Assembly (NCBI GenBank): GCA_964486045.1 | Contig: CAZALK010000013.1 | Span: forward strand, 108,879 to 172,878 | Length of the DNA stretch: 64,000 nucleotides | Reading direction: 5' to 3' | From: an uncultured archaeon | GTDB lineage: Archaea > Asgardarchaeota > Lokiarchaeia > Sigyniarchaeales > SOKP01 | Part shown: positions 40,992-51,489 of the stretch, piece after piece | Numbering within the stretch: position 1 is the stretch's first letter | Layout: each line of letters begins with the position of its first letter | Position numbers and translations under genes: made by a program | The notes under the pieces: model-generated | Databases searched by the model: none | Told to the model about the DNA's origin: nothing | Seen by the model: only the letters and a program-made list of their open reading frames with translations

Positions 40992-41372
40992 ATGACCTCT
41001 ATGAGTGAACCGACTACGGATTCCTTGGAAGGAATCTTAAAAAAATTGCTCTCTGCTATCCCTGAGGTAAAAGCAGCTGCGATAGTTTCTGCGGAAGGGC
41101 TACCGATTGCGTCGGCATTACCACAAGGGGTTGATGAGACTAGGATAGCTGCAATGACGGCGGCATTACTTTCGTTAGCCGAAAGGGCAGTCATCGAGAT
41201 GGATAAGGGAGAATTTGCGGAGCTCTATGTGAAAGGAACTGAAGGTTATCTGCTGGTCATGGAGGCTGGCCCCAATGCGGTATTAACTGTCTCTACAACG
41301 AAAGAAGTAAGATTAGGATTAATATTTTTAGATTGCAAGCGAACTTGCGCAAAAATTGCGGCATTGATTTAA
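40992..41372 (+). CDS. Roadblock/LC7 (MglB-like) protein
   Basis: AAAIVSAEGLPIASALP, IAAMTAALLSL, LGLIFLD. Confidence 0.92.
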   Translation: MTSMSEPTTDSLEGILKKLLSAIPEVKAAAIVSAEGLPIASALPQGVDETRIAAMTAALLSLAERAVIEMDKGEFAELYVKGTEGYLLVMEAGPNAVLTVSTTKEVRLGLIFLDCKRTCAKIAALI

Positions 41373-41379
41373 TCTACCT

Positions 41380-41913
41380 CTATTTTAGTTTCAAATGTTT
41401 AAATCGGTTAACTGAATAATCAACAATTTCTTTTGCATGTTTCACAGCTTTCCATTCTTTAAATTTTACCCATTTATGTGGTTCTAATCTTTTGTATGTC
41501 TCGTAGAACTCCTGTATTTCTTTCAGCTTATGTTTATGAACATCTTGAATATCAATATATCCGTCAAATCGAGCATCATTAACTAAAACAGAGAGAATTT
41601 TAGGGTCATCCCCATGCTCATCCTCAATGATTAAGGCCCCAATAACTCGAACTTTCACGATACACCCTACTTCGAGAGGTTCATAACTTAAGACCATAAT
41701 ATCTAGAGGATCATTATCATCAGACCAAGTCTGGGGAATAAATCCATATTCAATAGGAAATATGACCGATGAAGGAATCACTCGATCTAGTACGAAAGCT
41801 TCCCATTCAGGGTTGTATTCATATTTGTCTCTTGAACCGCTAATAACTTCAATAACCGCATTTAAAATAACAGGAGGGTTATCTCCGGGCGGAATTTCTT
41901 TCCACAGATTCAT
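41380..41913 (-). CDS. ppa: Family I inorganic pyrophosphatase
   Basis: KYEY, YGFIPQT, DNDPLD, YKRLE. Confidence 0.95.
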   Translation of the reverse strand: MNLWKEIPPGDNPPVILNAVIEVISGSRDKYEYNPEWEAFVLDRVIPSSVIFPIEYGFIPQTWSDDNDPLDIMVLSYEPLEVGCIVKVRVIGALIIEDEHGDDPKILSVLVNDARFDGYIDIQDVHKHKLKEIQEFYETYKRLEPHKWVKFKEWKAVKHAKEIVDYSVNRFKHLKLK

Positions 41914-42095
41914 AATTACGTAATCTATCTCATTTTTATTATTAATTCTTGATTAACTATTTTTGTTTATGCATTTCGTGTAATGAAGATTTAGATTTTA
42001 GCTTATTTACTTTGATACTGAAATCTAAAAAGCAAGCTTTATCTTATGTCAAATTTTCACAATATCAAAAAGCTAAGATAGACATTTGTTGAAAG

Positions 42096-42479
42096 GTGAA
42101 GGAAATCCAATTAAAGAAAAGCTCTTATTTTCTAAGCATTAATGAAGCTCCAAAATTCATGCAAATGGAGGGATTAGAAACCACAATACTTACCGGTTTA
42201 AACAGTGAAAAGATGATGATGACGTTTAATACCACATTACCTGGTTATACTGTTCCTGAGCATTCTCATGAACATGAGCAAATAGGCATGGTGTATAGTG
42301 GTGAAGCAAAGTTAACAATTGGTGATGAAGAACGCAACGTAAAGAAAGGAGATTTTTACTGTATTCCCTCTAATACTCCCCATAGTGATGTGTGTATAGG
42401 GGATAAGCCGTTTGTAATGCTCGATATTTTTTATCCTTTAAGAAATGATTTTTTAAACAAGATTAAGAATAATCTGTAA
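42096..42479 (+). CDS. Cupin domain protein
   Basis: PEHSHEHEQIG, IPSNTPH, DIFYPLR. Confidence 0.85.
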   Translation: MKEIQLKKSSYFLSINEAPKFMQMEGLETTILTGLNSEKMMMTFNTTLPGYTVPEHSHEHEQIGMVYSGEAKLTIGDEERNVKKGDFYCIPSNTPHSDVCIGDKPFVMLDIFYPLRNDFLNKIKNNL

Positions 42480-42567
42480 ATGCCAAAATCACAAGGTTTC
42501 TATTGGATTTGAATATTATTAGCTGTATAAAGTAATAGAAAAATAAAGAATGAATTATGTATTGTCT

Positions 42568-43557
42568 TTATTCGACTAGCTTTTTAACATAGTGTTGAAT
42601 TAATTTTGCATTTGGAAGGATAGTTTTTTCTAAATTTGGGGCGTAAGGAATGGGTACATCTGGTGTATTTAATCTTATAATTCCCTTCCTTAAATACTGA
42701 AAACCTTCTTCTGCGACCATTGCTGCAATTTCAGCACTTACTGAGCATGTTTTACATCCTTCATCTACAATAAGTAGTTTTCCTGTTTTTTCAACAGAAT
42801 TTAGGATGGTTTGTTTATCTAATGGAACTAAAGTCCTTGGATCAATAACTTCACAATGAATATTTTCTTTTTCTAATTTCATAGTAGCGTTTATACTTTG
42901 ATTCACCATAGCTCCAGTAGCAACTATTGTCACATCATCACCCTCAGTGAATTTTCTGGCACGTCCAAATGGAATAGTGAAATTTTTATCCAATGGAACA
43001 TCTCCAATTTGGAAATATGATTGTTTGTTTTCGAAGAAAATGACTGGATCATCATCTCGTATAGCCGTTTTCAATAAACCCTTAAAATCACGAGGATCCG
43101 ATGGTACTACAACCTTCAAACCTGGGACATGCATGAACCATGACTCAAATGATTGTGAATGTTGTGCTGCTGCCGAAAAACCAGCCCCAAAAGGGGTTCT
43201 AATTGTGACCGGAACAGAAATTTGACCTCCATACATATATCTAGCTTTCGCAGCTTGATTTACTATCATTTCCATACATACAGTTAAAAAATCCGCAAAC
43301 ATTATTTCTGCTATTGGACGCATTCCGACCATAGCGGCCCCGATAGCACAACCTAAAATTGCATTTTCGCTTATTGGAGTCTCACGAACTCTTTCAGCGC
43401 CAAATCTTTCATATAATCCTGCTGTTACCCCGAAAGCACCTCCTAAAATTCCTATATCCTCCCCCATTATAAATATTGATTCATCAAGTTCCATCTCTTC
43501 AACAATGGCTAAATTTATAGCATCCAATGCCCTCATTGATTTAGTATCTTCAGCCAT
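42568..43557 (-). CDS. pdhB: Pyruvate/acetoin dehydrogenase E1 beta subunit
   Basis: GEDIG, ETPISE, EIMFADF, AAQHSQS, DPRTLVPLD; GGTGA SD before ATG at 43557. Confidence 0.9.
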   Translation of the reverse strand: MAEDTKSMRALDAINLAIVEEMELDESIFIMGEDIGILGGAFGVTAGLYERFGAERVRETPISENAILGCAIGAAMVGMRPIAEIMFADFLTVCMEMIVNQAAKARYMYGGQISVPVTIRTPFGAGFSAAAQHSQSFESWFMHVPGLKVVVPSDPRDFKGLLKTAIRDDDPVIFFENKQSYFQIGDVPLDKNFTIPFGRARKFTEGDDVTIVATGAMVNQSINATMKLEKENIHCEVIDPRTLVPLDKQTILNSVEKTGKLLIVDEGCKTCSVSAEIAAMVAEEGFQYLRKGIIRLNTPDVPIPYAPNLEKTILPNAKLIQHYVKKLVE

Positions 43558-43558
43558 T

Positions 43559-44560
43559 TTAATCACCATCAAATTTAATTGGATTTTTAAAGATCCCATC
43601 CAAAACAGAGGAGGGGTCTGGTTTTGGGCTTTTCTTAGTAAATTTTGAACTTAGCTCAATATTTTTCATGGTTTCTTCCTCAATTTCTTGAATTATTGCT
43701 TTATCCATGATTTCTCCCCTGATAAGGGTGGTTTTGAAAGTCTCAATTGGGCATTTCTTTCTCCATTCTTCCTTTTCTTCCTCAGAGCGATATTTATCAG
43801 GATCCATTACAGTTTGACCTTGCCACCGATAAGTTTTACATTCTATTAAAGTGGGACCTCCACCCTCCCTAGCAAGTTTAACAGCTTCTTTGGTTGTCTT
43901 ATACACTTCCAAAACATTGTTACCATCAATTGAAAATCCCTTCATACCATACCCTTGGGCTCGAAGTGAAAAATCCTTAATCGCAGTGGCATTATGTACA
44001 GGAGTGCTCCACCCATACAAATTGTTTTCTAGTATAAAAACTACTGGAAGCTTCCAAGCTCCTGCAAGATTCATTGATTCATGAAGCATCCCTTGGTTTG
44101 CTGCTCCATCTCCAAAAAAACTTAGAACTACTTTCCCCTCTTTTCGCATTTTTGAAGCTAAAGCGACTCCAAGGGCTAAGGGAGGTCCTGCGCCTACTAT
44201 TCCATTTGCACCTAGAATATTTTTTGAAAAATCAGCGACATGCATTGATCCACCCCGACCTTTACATATTCCATCCATTTTTCCAAAAATTTCAGCCATC
44301 AATGAATTAATATCCCCCCCTTTGGCAATAAAATGTCCATGACCTCTATGTGTAGATGTAATATAATCACTTTCATTAATTGCTGCACAAGCTCCTACAG
44401 CAATCGCTTCTTCGCCTGTATAAGTGTGAACAAAAGGTGATCTGATTTTTCCAAAATCCTTTGTAATTCGCATTTCAAATTTACGAATTGTTAACATTTT
44501 CTTATAAAGATCTATTAATTCATCATGACTCAAATCCTTAGGAAATTCATTACTATTCAT
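43559..44560 (-). CDS. pdhA: Pyruvate/acetoin dehydrogenase E1 alpha subunit
   Basis: STHRGHGH, GRGGSMH, TPP motif GDGAANQG...ENN. Confidence 0.9.
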   Translation of the reverse strand: MNSNEFPKDLSHDELIDLYKKMLTIRKFEMRITKDFGKIRSPFVHTYTGEEAIAVGACAAINESDYITSTHRGHGHFIAKGGDINSLMAEIFGKMDGICKGRGGSMHVADFSKNILGANGIVGAGPPLALGVALASKMRKEGKVVLSFFGDGAANQGMLHESMNLAGAWKLPVVFILENNLYGWSTPVHNATAIKDFSLRAQGYGMKGFSIDGNNVLEVYKTTKEAVKLAREGGGPTLIECKTYRWQGQTVMDPDKYRSEEEKEEWRKKCPIETFKTTLIRGEIMDKAIIQEIEEETMKNIELSSKFTKKSPKPDPSSVLDGIFKNPIKFDGD

Positions 44561-44795
44561 TTTTAACCTCTTTCTTTATTAACCAAAATATTTGATCATA
44601 ATTCTTAAAATTCATTAATTTCTTCTAGTAAAAAATTTGTTTGAGATTATTTAACTCTTTCTTTTCACTTATAAAGTTGTTTTCCACGAACTTCTGAAAT
44701 CAGTCTAAACAATTTTATAGTATAATATGTTTACTAACAAATCCAAACACTAAAGGAAAGAATTTTTAAAAATTACAGCATAAACAAAATTTGTT

Positions 44796-45104
44796 ATGAA
44801 ACAAAAACATCATTATTATGCAGTGATTAAGCCGTATCGTCAAGATTTCCTAATCAATCCAAAAGAAAATGAAGATAAAATCATGTCCGATCACTTTAAA
44901 TACTTAAAAAGCCTACTAAAGCAAAAAAAATTATTCTTTGCTGGTCCAACTTTGATTCAAGAAGATCCTTCTGGCATTATAATATTTGAAACAGAAAGTG
45001 AAAATGAAGCTATAAAGCTTCTTGAAAATGATCCGTCAATCAAGGCAGGTATTCAAAAAATCGCAGATTTAAGACCTATTCGCATCTCACTGCAAAAAAA
45101 ATAG
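44796..45104 (+). CDS. YciI family protein
   Basis: HFKYL, AGP, NDPSIKAG. Confidence 0.8.
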   Translation: MKQKHHYYAVIKPYRQDFLINPKENEDKIMSDHFKYLKSLLKQKKLFFAGPTLIQEDPSGIIIFETESENEAIKLLENDPSIKAGIQKIADLRPIRISLQKK

Positions 45105-45151
45105 GACGGATTTTTTAGAATTTAATAATAGTTTTAATCATATTGTTTGCA

Positions 45152-45753
45152 TTACGCCGTAGCCATACTATCCAGAATCACTACAGAAGTTTTAGCATAT
45201 AATCCAAATGTTATAGCATCTTCAAAACTACCAATGTTCCCTGTATAACCGTTATACCCATAATGCATTGGGATAGCATATTTTAAATTTGAGGATACTT
45301 TCAGATAATCTACCGCGGTACCAGCTTCTTTGGCAGTCATCCATGCGAATCCCGAAACGGGTAATAAAGCGATATCTGTAACTATATCCTTCATTTCAGG
45401 AATTGTATCCGTATCACCAGCATGATATATTCTTGCTACTCCAAAATCAACTATAACACCCACACCACTTCCCATAGGATGATAAAGCACTCCAGAAGGT
45501 CGGAATTTATTAATATTATACATATAAACGAACTCAAATGATATCTTGTTAAACTGAAGAGTATCACCAGGGAATGGGGTGTAGTCACGTCCGATATTAT
45601 AGGGAAAAGAGATTAAAGTCGTGTGTGATCGTGTGTTATAATTATAAAATCAGCTACTTCTGACTGATCTGGTATACTATTTGGATCTATATATACTACA
45701 ATATTATTATATTTAAATTTAAATGATTCACATAAAAACCATTGAATATTAAA
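45152..45753 (-). pseudogene. MBL-fold metallo-hydrolase with internal deletion/frameshift
   Basis: Upstream frame reads IQWFLCESFKFK..VVYIDP...ADFIIITHDH and breaks before DH; a second frame continues to YHAGDTD, ALLPV, AIPMHYG. Confidence 0.75.
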
Positions 45754-46099
45754 TAAGCAAAGTGTCCGATATAAATCTTTCGTAATATGTTTCTACAGAC
45801 TAAAAATAGGCAATCGAACTCAACTCTTATACTCGTGTTGTGGTTAATCGTAAAAAAGAATCAATTACAATGAAACAGTATAATTTAGGATCTTTGATTT
45901 TATAAACCATCATTGTATTCATAGGTCTAATAATAATACAACAAACAAAGGCTTTAGACCGAATCCTTTTAATTTCATATTATTTCAAAATCTTTTTTGA
46001 TAATTCCTTAGAGACAAAACCACAAACTATTAATTTTTTAGTTCATTCTATAAAATACAAGACTTTGTTAATCTTCATATACTTAACGGGTATATTAAT

Positions 46100-46702
46100 A
46101 TGTTTAAACTTTTTACTATTGAAGGAAAGATCGAAATCCCTCCCTTTCTTTTTGATCAAGAAAAGAATGTAAGTGCTAGAATAATCCTGAGTGAAGATTA
46201 TGAGGGCATTATAACACGAGATTATGGATTTATCATCGCTGTCGTTGATGTACTTGATGTTGGGAAAGGAATAATTATTCCTGGGAATGCAAATACATTT
46301 CATGAAGTGGAATTTACGATTCTTGCCTTTAAACCAACCGTTTCAGAAGTAGTTGAGGGGACTGTTGTTGAAATTGTTGATTTTGGTTCATTCATTCGTC
46401 TGGGGCCGTTAGATGGGTTAGTTCATGTATCTCAAATTTGCGATGATTATATCTCTTACGAACAAGTCGGAAATCGATTTATTGGTAAGGAAACTGGAAA
46501 GATCCTTGAAGTTAATGATCAAGTGCGCGCAAAAATCATTGCGGTCTCTATGGGTACAGGAAGAAGCGGAAAACTTGGGTTGACAATGCGACAAAAGTAT
46601 TTGGGAAAGGAAGAGTGGATTCAGGGTGATATTGAGGATGATCATGCCGAAAAAAATACAGACCAAGCAGACATTGAGGAAGAAGAAAGTACGGTTGAAT
46701 AA
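46100..46702 (+). CDS. rpoE1: RNA polymerase subunit E' (Rpo7)
   Basis: EVVEG.V..IVDFGSFIRLGPLDGLVHVSQI, KLGLTMRQ; conserved operon position. Confidence 0.96.
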   Translation: MFKLFTIEGKIEIPPFLFDQEKNVSARIILSEDYEGIITRDYGFIIAVVDVLDVGKGIIIPGNANTFHEVEFTILAFKPTVSEVVEGTVVEIVDFGSFIRLGPLDGLVHVSQICDDYISYEQVGNRFIGKETGKILEVNDQVRAKIIAVSMGTGRSGKLGLTMRQKYLGKEEWIQGDIEDDHAEKNTDQADIEEEESTVE

Positions 46703-46738
46703 AAAATTAAAAAATTGCAAAAGGTTACAGGTGATTAG

Positions 46739-46927
46739 ATGAAAGAAAAAGCGTGCAAAAATTGCCATTTAATAACTAAAAACGAGACTGTTTGCCCTAA
46801 ATGCAAAACTCACACATTAAGTGATGATTACACTGGGGAAGTGGTAATAATAAATCCTAAGGAATCGAAATTTGCGGAATATTTAAAAATCCATTTTCCA
46901 GGAAAATACGCTTTAAGAGTACGCTAA
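46739..46927 (+). CDS. spt4: Transcription elongation factor Spt4 (RpoE'')
   Basis: KACKNC...CPKC...PGKYALRVR. Confidence 0.95.
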   Translation: MKEKACKNCHLITKNETVCPKCKTHTLSDDYTGEVVIINPKESKFAEYLKIHFPGKYALRVR

Positions 46928-46994
46928 TCTCCAAGAAGATCTCCGATATATAGACAACAGATTTAATTATTTTAAAACCTCCTTAGACAAAATC

Positions 46995-47588
46995 TTGATT
47001 TTTATGGAAAAAAATCTTAAAGTTCCCAAAAATAGAAGAAAGTCTTTCGCAGCACCACTCGATATTTTGATTGGTGGTACTCGAGAAGACACAATTCCCC
47101 AAGTTGAAAATATGTTCAGAGATTTTCTAAAATCTGGACAGACATTAAATTTTTATATTGTAGGGGATATTGTTGCACAAGATTTCTTATCTAATCCTTT
47201 TTTGAAATCATTCATTAAAATCTGTGTTATTGATGAAAAAACTCAGAGGAATCCAATTAACATTGATTTTGAAGATTTTTTTGAAGAGGAAATCGAATTA
47301 AAAAACCCAGCAGGTACAATTAATAAAGAGTGCTCAGAAATTTTCCGCAGATCTATTAATTCAAACAAAAAAACATTAATTAGAATAACAGAGGGAGAAG
47401 AGGATTTACTTATTCTGCCTCTGATACTTGAGATCCCTATTGAGGATCAAGGACATTTTGCTTTTTATGGGCAACCTCCAATTACTGATTCTAGATTTGT
47501 TATCCCTGAAGGGATTGTAATTGTCAATGTTGATGAGAATATCCAAGAAAAAGTTAAGAGAGCTATAGCAGTCATGGGAGAGCTTTGA
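46995..47588 (+). CDS. DUF359 / GTP-dependent dephospho-CoA kinase
   Basis: VGDIV, DEKTQR, NPAGTI, GEEDL, YGQP; conserved position after spt4. Confidence 0.88.
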   Translation: MIFMEKNLKVPKNRRKSFAAPLDILIGGTREDTIPQVENMFRDFLKSGQTLNFYIVGDIVAQDFLSNPFLKSFIKICVIDEKTQRNPINIDFEDFFEEEIELKNPAGTINKECSEIFRRSINSNKKTLIRITEGEEDLLILPLILEIPIEDQGHFAFYGQPPITDSRFVIPEGIVIVNVDENIQEKVKRAIAVMGEL

Positions 47589-47740
47589 TAATTTTATCGA
47601 GTTTCGTCCTCTAATGTATAAAGTCTAATATTATTAAAAAGCAAAATTTTATTTTTTATACCTTCTTTTGATTTTCATAGTTATTATAAAACTATATTAT
47701 TACTTATCGATTTTATTAAAATAAAAACAATTGATTTAAA

Positions 47741-48094
47741 ATGCCGTTAAATGTTGAGATTACAGAAGAAAAGAAAAATCCCCTAATAGATAGATTAGAG
47801 TTAACATTTAGGATCGATCATTTCGGGATGGGCACCCCCAATCGATTAGAAGTGAAGAAGAAAATTGCTGCAATACAAGGATCTGATGAAAAATTAACAA
47901 TCATAAAAAACCTTGATGGTCATTTTGGTAATTCTTATACTCAAGGAGGGGCATATATATATGAAAATTCTCAAGATCTACAATTTTATGAACCATATCA
48001 TATTCAAGTTCGTAATCTTGAGAAGGACAAGCGAGCAGAAATAAATCAATTAAAGAAGAGAAAAGAACCATTTAAACATATTTTTGAATATTAA
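47741..48094 (+). CDS. rps24e: 30S ribosomal protein S24e
   Basis: KNPLIDRLE, TPNR, HFG, EP..RN. Confidence 0.93.
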   Translation: MPLNVEITEEKKNPLIDRLELTFRIDHFGMGTPNRLEVKKKIAAIQGSDEKLTIIKNLDGHFGNSYTQGGAYIYENSQDLQFYEPYHIQVRNLEKDKRAEINQLKKRKEPFKHIFEY

Positions 48095-48110
48095 CGGTTA
48101 TAAAAGCTAA

Positions 48111-48329
48111 ATGATAAAAATGGATGCATCAAAATACTATAAAATGGAAGGAAGCAAGCTTGTTCGTACTCACAGATCATGTCCTAAGTGTGGACCAAGT
48201 TATTTTCTCGCAAATCACTATGATCGATGGAGTTGCGGGAAATGTGGCTATACAATATTTAAGAGGAAAGGGGCTGCTAAAGGAAAAACTCCTAGAAGAA
48301 CTCCTCGAAAACGTGTTAAAACCATGTAG
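48111..48329 (+). CDS. rps27ae: 30S ribosomal protein S27ae
   Basis: CPKCG..FLANHYDRWSCGKCGYT; no ubiquitin fusion. Confidence 0.95.
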   Translation: MIKMDASKYYKMEGSKLVRTHRSCPKCGPSYFLANHYDRWSCGKCGYTIFKRKGAAKGKTPRRTPRKRVKTM

Positions 48330-48448
48330 AGTTTGTTTTGATCTCACGATTCAAGAGAATATTAACCTTGATAATAATTTCTTTTTGCATAAATCCTTTT
48401 TCATTTTAAAAAATTTTAGGTTTCAATTAGAAAATATCGGTGAAATTA

Positions 48449-49465
48449 ATGGTAAAATATTGTTTAGGCATCGAAAGCACAGCACATACTTTTGGTGTAG
48501 GGATAGTTGATTTTGAGGGGAGAGTAAGTAGCCTTATAAACGATATATTTATCCCTGAAAAGGGAGGACTCCATCCTGCATTAGTTCGAGAACATCACTT
48601 AAACGGCTTTAAACAAGTAATCACAAAAACTCTTCTAGCAGCAAAATTATCAATTAAAGATATAGATTTAATTGCCTTTAGCCAAAGCCCTGGTTTAGGG
48701 CCTGTTCTAAAAATTGGGGCATTAATTGCTCGACTATTAAGCCAAGCATTAAAGATCCCTCTTGTAGGTGTAAATCATTGCATTGCTCACGTAGAAATTG
48801 GACGTTTAATGTGTAGGATTGAAGATCCTCTAACATTATATGTTTCTGGAGGAAACACCATTGTTAGTGCATTTGAATCAAATAGATATCAAATTTTTGG
48901 GGAAACTCTTGATTTAGCAATTGGTAATATGATTGATTCATTTGCACGAGATGCTGGATTAAATCATCCAGGGGGTCCAAAGATCGAAAAATTAGCACTA
49001 AAATCCAAGAAATATCTTCAATTACCTTATACCGTTAAGGGTATGGATTTATCATTTTCTGGGTTGTATTCTGCTGCTCGACGATTATTAGAATCTAATA
49101 ATTTAAATAAGAAATATAATTTGAATGATATAGCCTTTTCATTGCAAGAAACCGCGTTTTCAATGCTTGTTGAGGTAACTGAACGAGCACTTGCCCACAC
49201 AGAAAAAAAAGAAGTCTTATTAACAGGAGGTGTTGCGGCAAATAAAAGGTTACAACAAATGATTCAATCAATAAGTGATGAACATGACGCGCGATTTGAG
49301 GTAGTCCCCCTAAAATTCGCTGGAGACAATGGAGCCATGATAGCCTGGGTTGGAATACTGAGATACAAAACTGAAGGAGGGTATGAAATATCTGATACAA
49401 AAATCAAACCAAAAGAAAGAATGGACTACATAACAATTCCATGGAGGGTTGATAGGGTACAGTGA
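48449..49465 (+). CDS. kae1: KEOPS t6A transferase Kae1
   Basis: LGIESTAHT, VNHCIAHVEIG, YVSGGNT, GGVAAN, DNGAMIA. Confidence 0.97.
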   Translation: MVKYCLGIESTAHTFGVGIVDFEGRVSSLINDIFIPEKGGLHPALVREHHLNGFKQVITKTLLAAKLSIKDIDLIAFSQSPGLGPVLKIGALIARLLSQALKIPLVGVNHCIAHVEIGRLMCRIEDPLTLYVSGGNTIVSAFESNRYQIFGETLDLAIGNMIDSFARDAGLNHPGGPKIEKLALKSKKYLQLPYTVKGMDLSFSGLYSAARRLLESNNLNKKYNLNDIAFSLQETAFSMLVEVTERALAHTEKKEVLLTGGVAANKRLQQMIQSISDEHDARFEVVPLKFAGDNGAMIAWVGILRYKTEGGYEISDTKIKPKERMDYITIPWRVDRVQ

Positions 49466-50136
49466 AATCTATCATATCTAAAGAAAAAATGATTTATAAA
49501 GGGGGGGAAGCAAGTTTGTTTTATGGCCATTGGTTTGGTAGGAAAGTGATTTTTAAGTGCCGAATACCTAAAGAATATAGGTTAGAAGAACTTGATAAAA
49601 AGATCCGCACTGAGCGAACATTGAACGAAGGAAAAGCATTAATAAAAGTAAAAAAATATGGTTTAAATGTCCCTCAAGTTTATGAAATAGATGCTCAGAA
49701 TTCAGTACTCATAATGAAATTTATCGAAGGAAAAAAATTAAAGAATGTCCTAAAAAGCCTAAGTGAAAATCAAAAAGATAAGTATTTTAAAAAAATAGGG
49801 AGGGATATCGCAATTTTGCATAAAAATGGACATATTCATGGTGATATTACCACAAGCAATTTAATCATTACTAATAATGAAGATATTTTCATTATCGATT
49901 TTGGGTTACATGAGTATTCGGATACGATAGAGGATAAAAGTGTTGATCTTCATCTTTTCAAGAGGGTATTGATTTCTTCTCATGGTAAGAACTTTGAATC
50001 CTGTTTTAATGCATTTCTTGATGGTTATGGATCTGAATATGAGAAAGATAATAAACAAGAATGTTATCAAATTATTAAAAACATAAATGCAATAGAATCT
50101 AGGGGTAGGTATATAAAAGCTGAGGATAGATTATAA
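49462..50136 (+). CDS. bud32: KEOPS kinase Bud32
   Basis: R.PK.YR...LD, HGDITTSN, IDFGL, RGRY. Confidence 0.95.
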   Translation: MKSIISKEKMIYKGGEASLFYGHWFGRKVIFKCRIPKEYRLEELDKKIRTERTLNEGKALIKVKKYGLNVPQVYEIDAQNSVLIMKFIEGKKLKNVLKSLSENQKDKYFKKIGRDIAILHKNGHIHGDITTSNLIITNNEDIFIIDFGLHEYSDTIEDKSVDLHLFKRVLISSHGKNFESCFNAFLDGYGSEYEKDNKQECYQIIKNINAIESRGRYIKAEDRL

Positions 50137-50503
50137 GAGAACATCTCTATTGAAGAAATTTTCATTTATAAGCATTAGGTTATTCTTAACCAAATTGTTA
50201 AAAAAAATCCAAATTAAGGATATATTAAAGAAAGGATGTTTTTTTAATAAGAATAAAAGTTTTTCAGACACTCATTTAATTATTAATATAAATTGTTCAT
50301 CTATGTAGTTAAACATTTAAAATAATTTATATCTGACATAGAGCACTTTAAATACTTTAGATAGAGATAAATAACTTTATAAATTTATTTTACTTATAAT
50401 ATATTAGTAGAAAAGAGTGAAGAACATTAAAGGTAAATAGCATATCTGCATTTCTTATTAACTAATTCATTTATAGGTAAAATTTATTTGAAACTTTCAT
50501 CAC

Positions 50504-50728
50504 TTGGAGCTATATCTAATGACAAACCTAGAGAAGAAGAAAAGAAAACCTAAGATGAAAAACATTACGATTAATATACCGGGAATCTATGATAAAAACA
50601 TTCAAAAACTTATTAAAAAAAAAGTTGTACCAAGTCGATCTGAAGCTATTAGAATAGCCCTTAGAGAATTTTTACACAATGAATATAAAAACTTAAAGTT
50701 ACTTGGTTTTTTTGAAGATGATGCTTAG
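50504..50728 (+). CDS. Ribbon-helix-helix (CopG-like) regulator
   Basis: MKNITINIP...SRSEAIRIALREFL. Confidence 0.85.
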   Translation: MELYLMTNLEKKKRKPKMKNITINIPGIYDKNIQKLIKKKVVPSRSEAIRIALREFLHNEYKNLKLLGFFEDDA

Positions 50729-50862
50729 GATTCTACTCTATTCACTTCAAATCCATTAACAATAAAGATCTATCCTCTCTTGGTTATTTGTATGAGTTAA
50801 AATTTAAAACTCAATTTTACTTAGTTTTAATATATTAATTTGAAACTGAAAAGAGAAACTCT

Positions 50863-51459
50863 ATGAAAATATTTAGTGTTTACGAAAACGGCGCCTTAAA
50901 GAATGTCAAAAGAGTTGATTTTAATGATAAGAAAGTTTATTTGATTGATGATTTTAAAGTTTTTTATTTATGGTTTGGTTCAAACTCATCTGAGAAAAAG
51001 AAAGCATTTGGAAAAAAAAAAGCAAATGATCTAAATAGTAAACGCAGCTCTCTTGCCAAAATTCAAATTATTAATCAAAATGAAGAGTTTGGTGCCTTTC
51101 TGGCCGTTATGGATATCTTAAAAGAAGGCTTACCTCTGAAGATCTCTAAAGAAAAAAGGGGTGAATTGATCTTTGAGTTAGAAGATACACTTGAACTTGT
51201 TGATGCGGGTCTAGAATTGGATTTAGAAGCTGAAATAACTCTAAAAGCCCACAAACTTTCACAATCGGGAATTTCTTATGAAGACTTATCTAAACGACTT
51301 GCAGAGTTACAATTAATTCTCTTAAAGGGAAAGAATAAGCCTTTAGCAAAAGATATTAAGGTTAAAACCGAAGAAATAATTGGATCATCATCCACTTATG
51401 AAGAGTTGTGTTGGATTGTGTCGGAAATTGAATTATTAATTGAGAAAAAACAAATATAA
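50863..51459 (+). CDS. Single gelsolin-like domain plus helical extension
   Basis: VYLIDD..FYLWFGSNSSEKKK...A..L....IQIINQNEE...F pattern. Confidence 0.78.
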   Translation: MKIFSVYENGALKNVKRVDFNDKKVYLIDDFKVFYLWFGSNSSEKKKAFGKKKANDLNSKRSSLAKIQIINQNEEFGAFLAVMDILKEGLPLKISKEKRGELIFELEDTLELVDAGLELDLEAEITLKAHKLSQSGISYEDLSKRLAELQLILLKGKNKPLAKDIKVKTEEIIGSSSTYEELCWIVSEIELLIEKKQI

Positions 51460-51489
51460 TAAATTTTAGCTTAATGATTAAAAAAAAAT

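Noticed and set aside
48124-48510. 128-aa ORF overlapping S27ae and kae1 (and similar nested or antisense ORFs in the track)
   Set aside because: Alternative-frame ORFs over well-supported genes, with no motifs.
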